Positions 63,311 to 64,000 of a stretch of DNA of 64,000 nt are shown here, piece after piece. Source of the stretch: the human T2T-CHM13v2.0 reference genome, Homo sapiens; assembly GCF_009914755.1 (NCBI RefSeq), contig NC_060940.1; one strand, 5' to 3'. The notes beneath the pieces were generated by a model. The model made no database searches. It was not told the origin of the DNA and was given only the letters and a program-made list of their open reading frames with translations. The position numbers were made by a program, and so were the translations under genes. The stretch's first letter is position 1. Each line of letters begins with the position of its first letter.

Positions 63311-64000
63311 GAAAGCAAGAGTTTTAAACACCCACCTAGGTGGTGGTTACTGGAATCCTCTCAGCCTGAGCTCCTGAAGGCAAGGACTGAGCCCCTTACT
63401 CGTGATTCTAATCTCTGTGCTCACTCACTTAATCTGGGAGGTGGTACAGTGCAGCTTCAGCTGCCTGGGCAGATTAGGTAGGTGAGAAGACCTCAGGGAC
63501 TGCCTTCAGCCTATGGCATCTTCTCAGTGCCACCCCTGCCCATCCACCTGGCTTTACCCATATCCTCCTGCCTATTTGGCCTCAGTCAGTTTCAATGTTT
63601 GAGGGCCCCATGCTTACGCCGGTACCCCCCAGAATGCCCTCTCTCCTCTGAGCCATCTGTTGAAATCCAAATTAGAATCTGCTTTTGGGAAGCAGAAGGA
63701 AGCTTCAGCAAATCCAAGCCAATCTCTGGCTTGTCCCCTATCTGAGGGATCTTTCCAGTGGTCATCCAAAGCCAGTGTCAGGGCGCTCACCCCGACTCTG
63801 TTCCAGGACTCAGTCCAATCCCAACCCTCCCCAGAGACTACCTGGAGAGGCTCCAGCTGCTGAGCTCCCTTGCCTGCTCAGTGACTCACTTCCAGCATTT
63901 CTCCTCTCTCCTACATCATCAATCTCTTCCTCTCTACTGGACTCTTTCCATCAGGATAAACACATGCTGTTACTTCTCCATCTTAAAAAACAAAACAAAA

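Overview
Human genomic DNA (primate Alus throughout), recognisable as the gene-dense chr16q22.1 cluster. I assembled seven protein-coding genes by hand from GT-AG exons, and each keeps an open frame to its stop. PHAF1/C16orf70 (+): 15 exons, first exon upstream of the window. B3GNT9 (-): 402 aa. TRADD (-): 312 aa. FBXL8 (+): 374 aa. HSF4 (+): 492 aa b isoform, 462 aa a isoform. NOL3/ARC (+): 208 aa, plus the 219-aa NOP30 frame. MATCAP1/KIAA0895L (-): 471 aa. The first 27 kb is mostly Alu-rich PHAF1 intron, with a 1.5-kb MER52-like solo LTR (ATAG target-site duplication), a MaLR LTR and a MER30. I see no wholly new gene system. The notable feature is the tightly coupled RNA architecture: two tail-to-tail 3'UTR overlaps, a ~220-bp divergent TRADD/FBXL8 start region, a 5' splice site 10 nt before the FBXL8 poly(A) signal that can link FBXL8 to HSF4, and dual-frame exons in both HSF4 and NOL3. 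Several isoforms are predicted from sequence alone: F-box-less FBXL8, N-extended non-myristoylated ARC, and tandem-donor ARC. Gene names come from my recognition of the translated proteins, not from a database search. Repeat boundaries and subfamilies are approximate.
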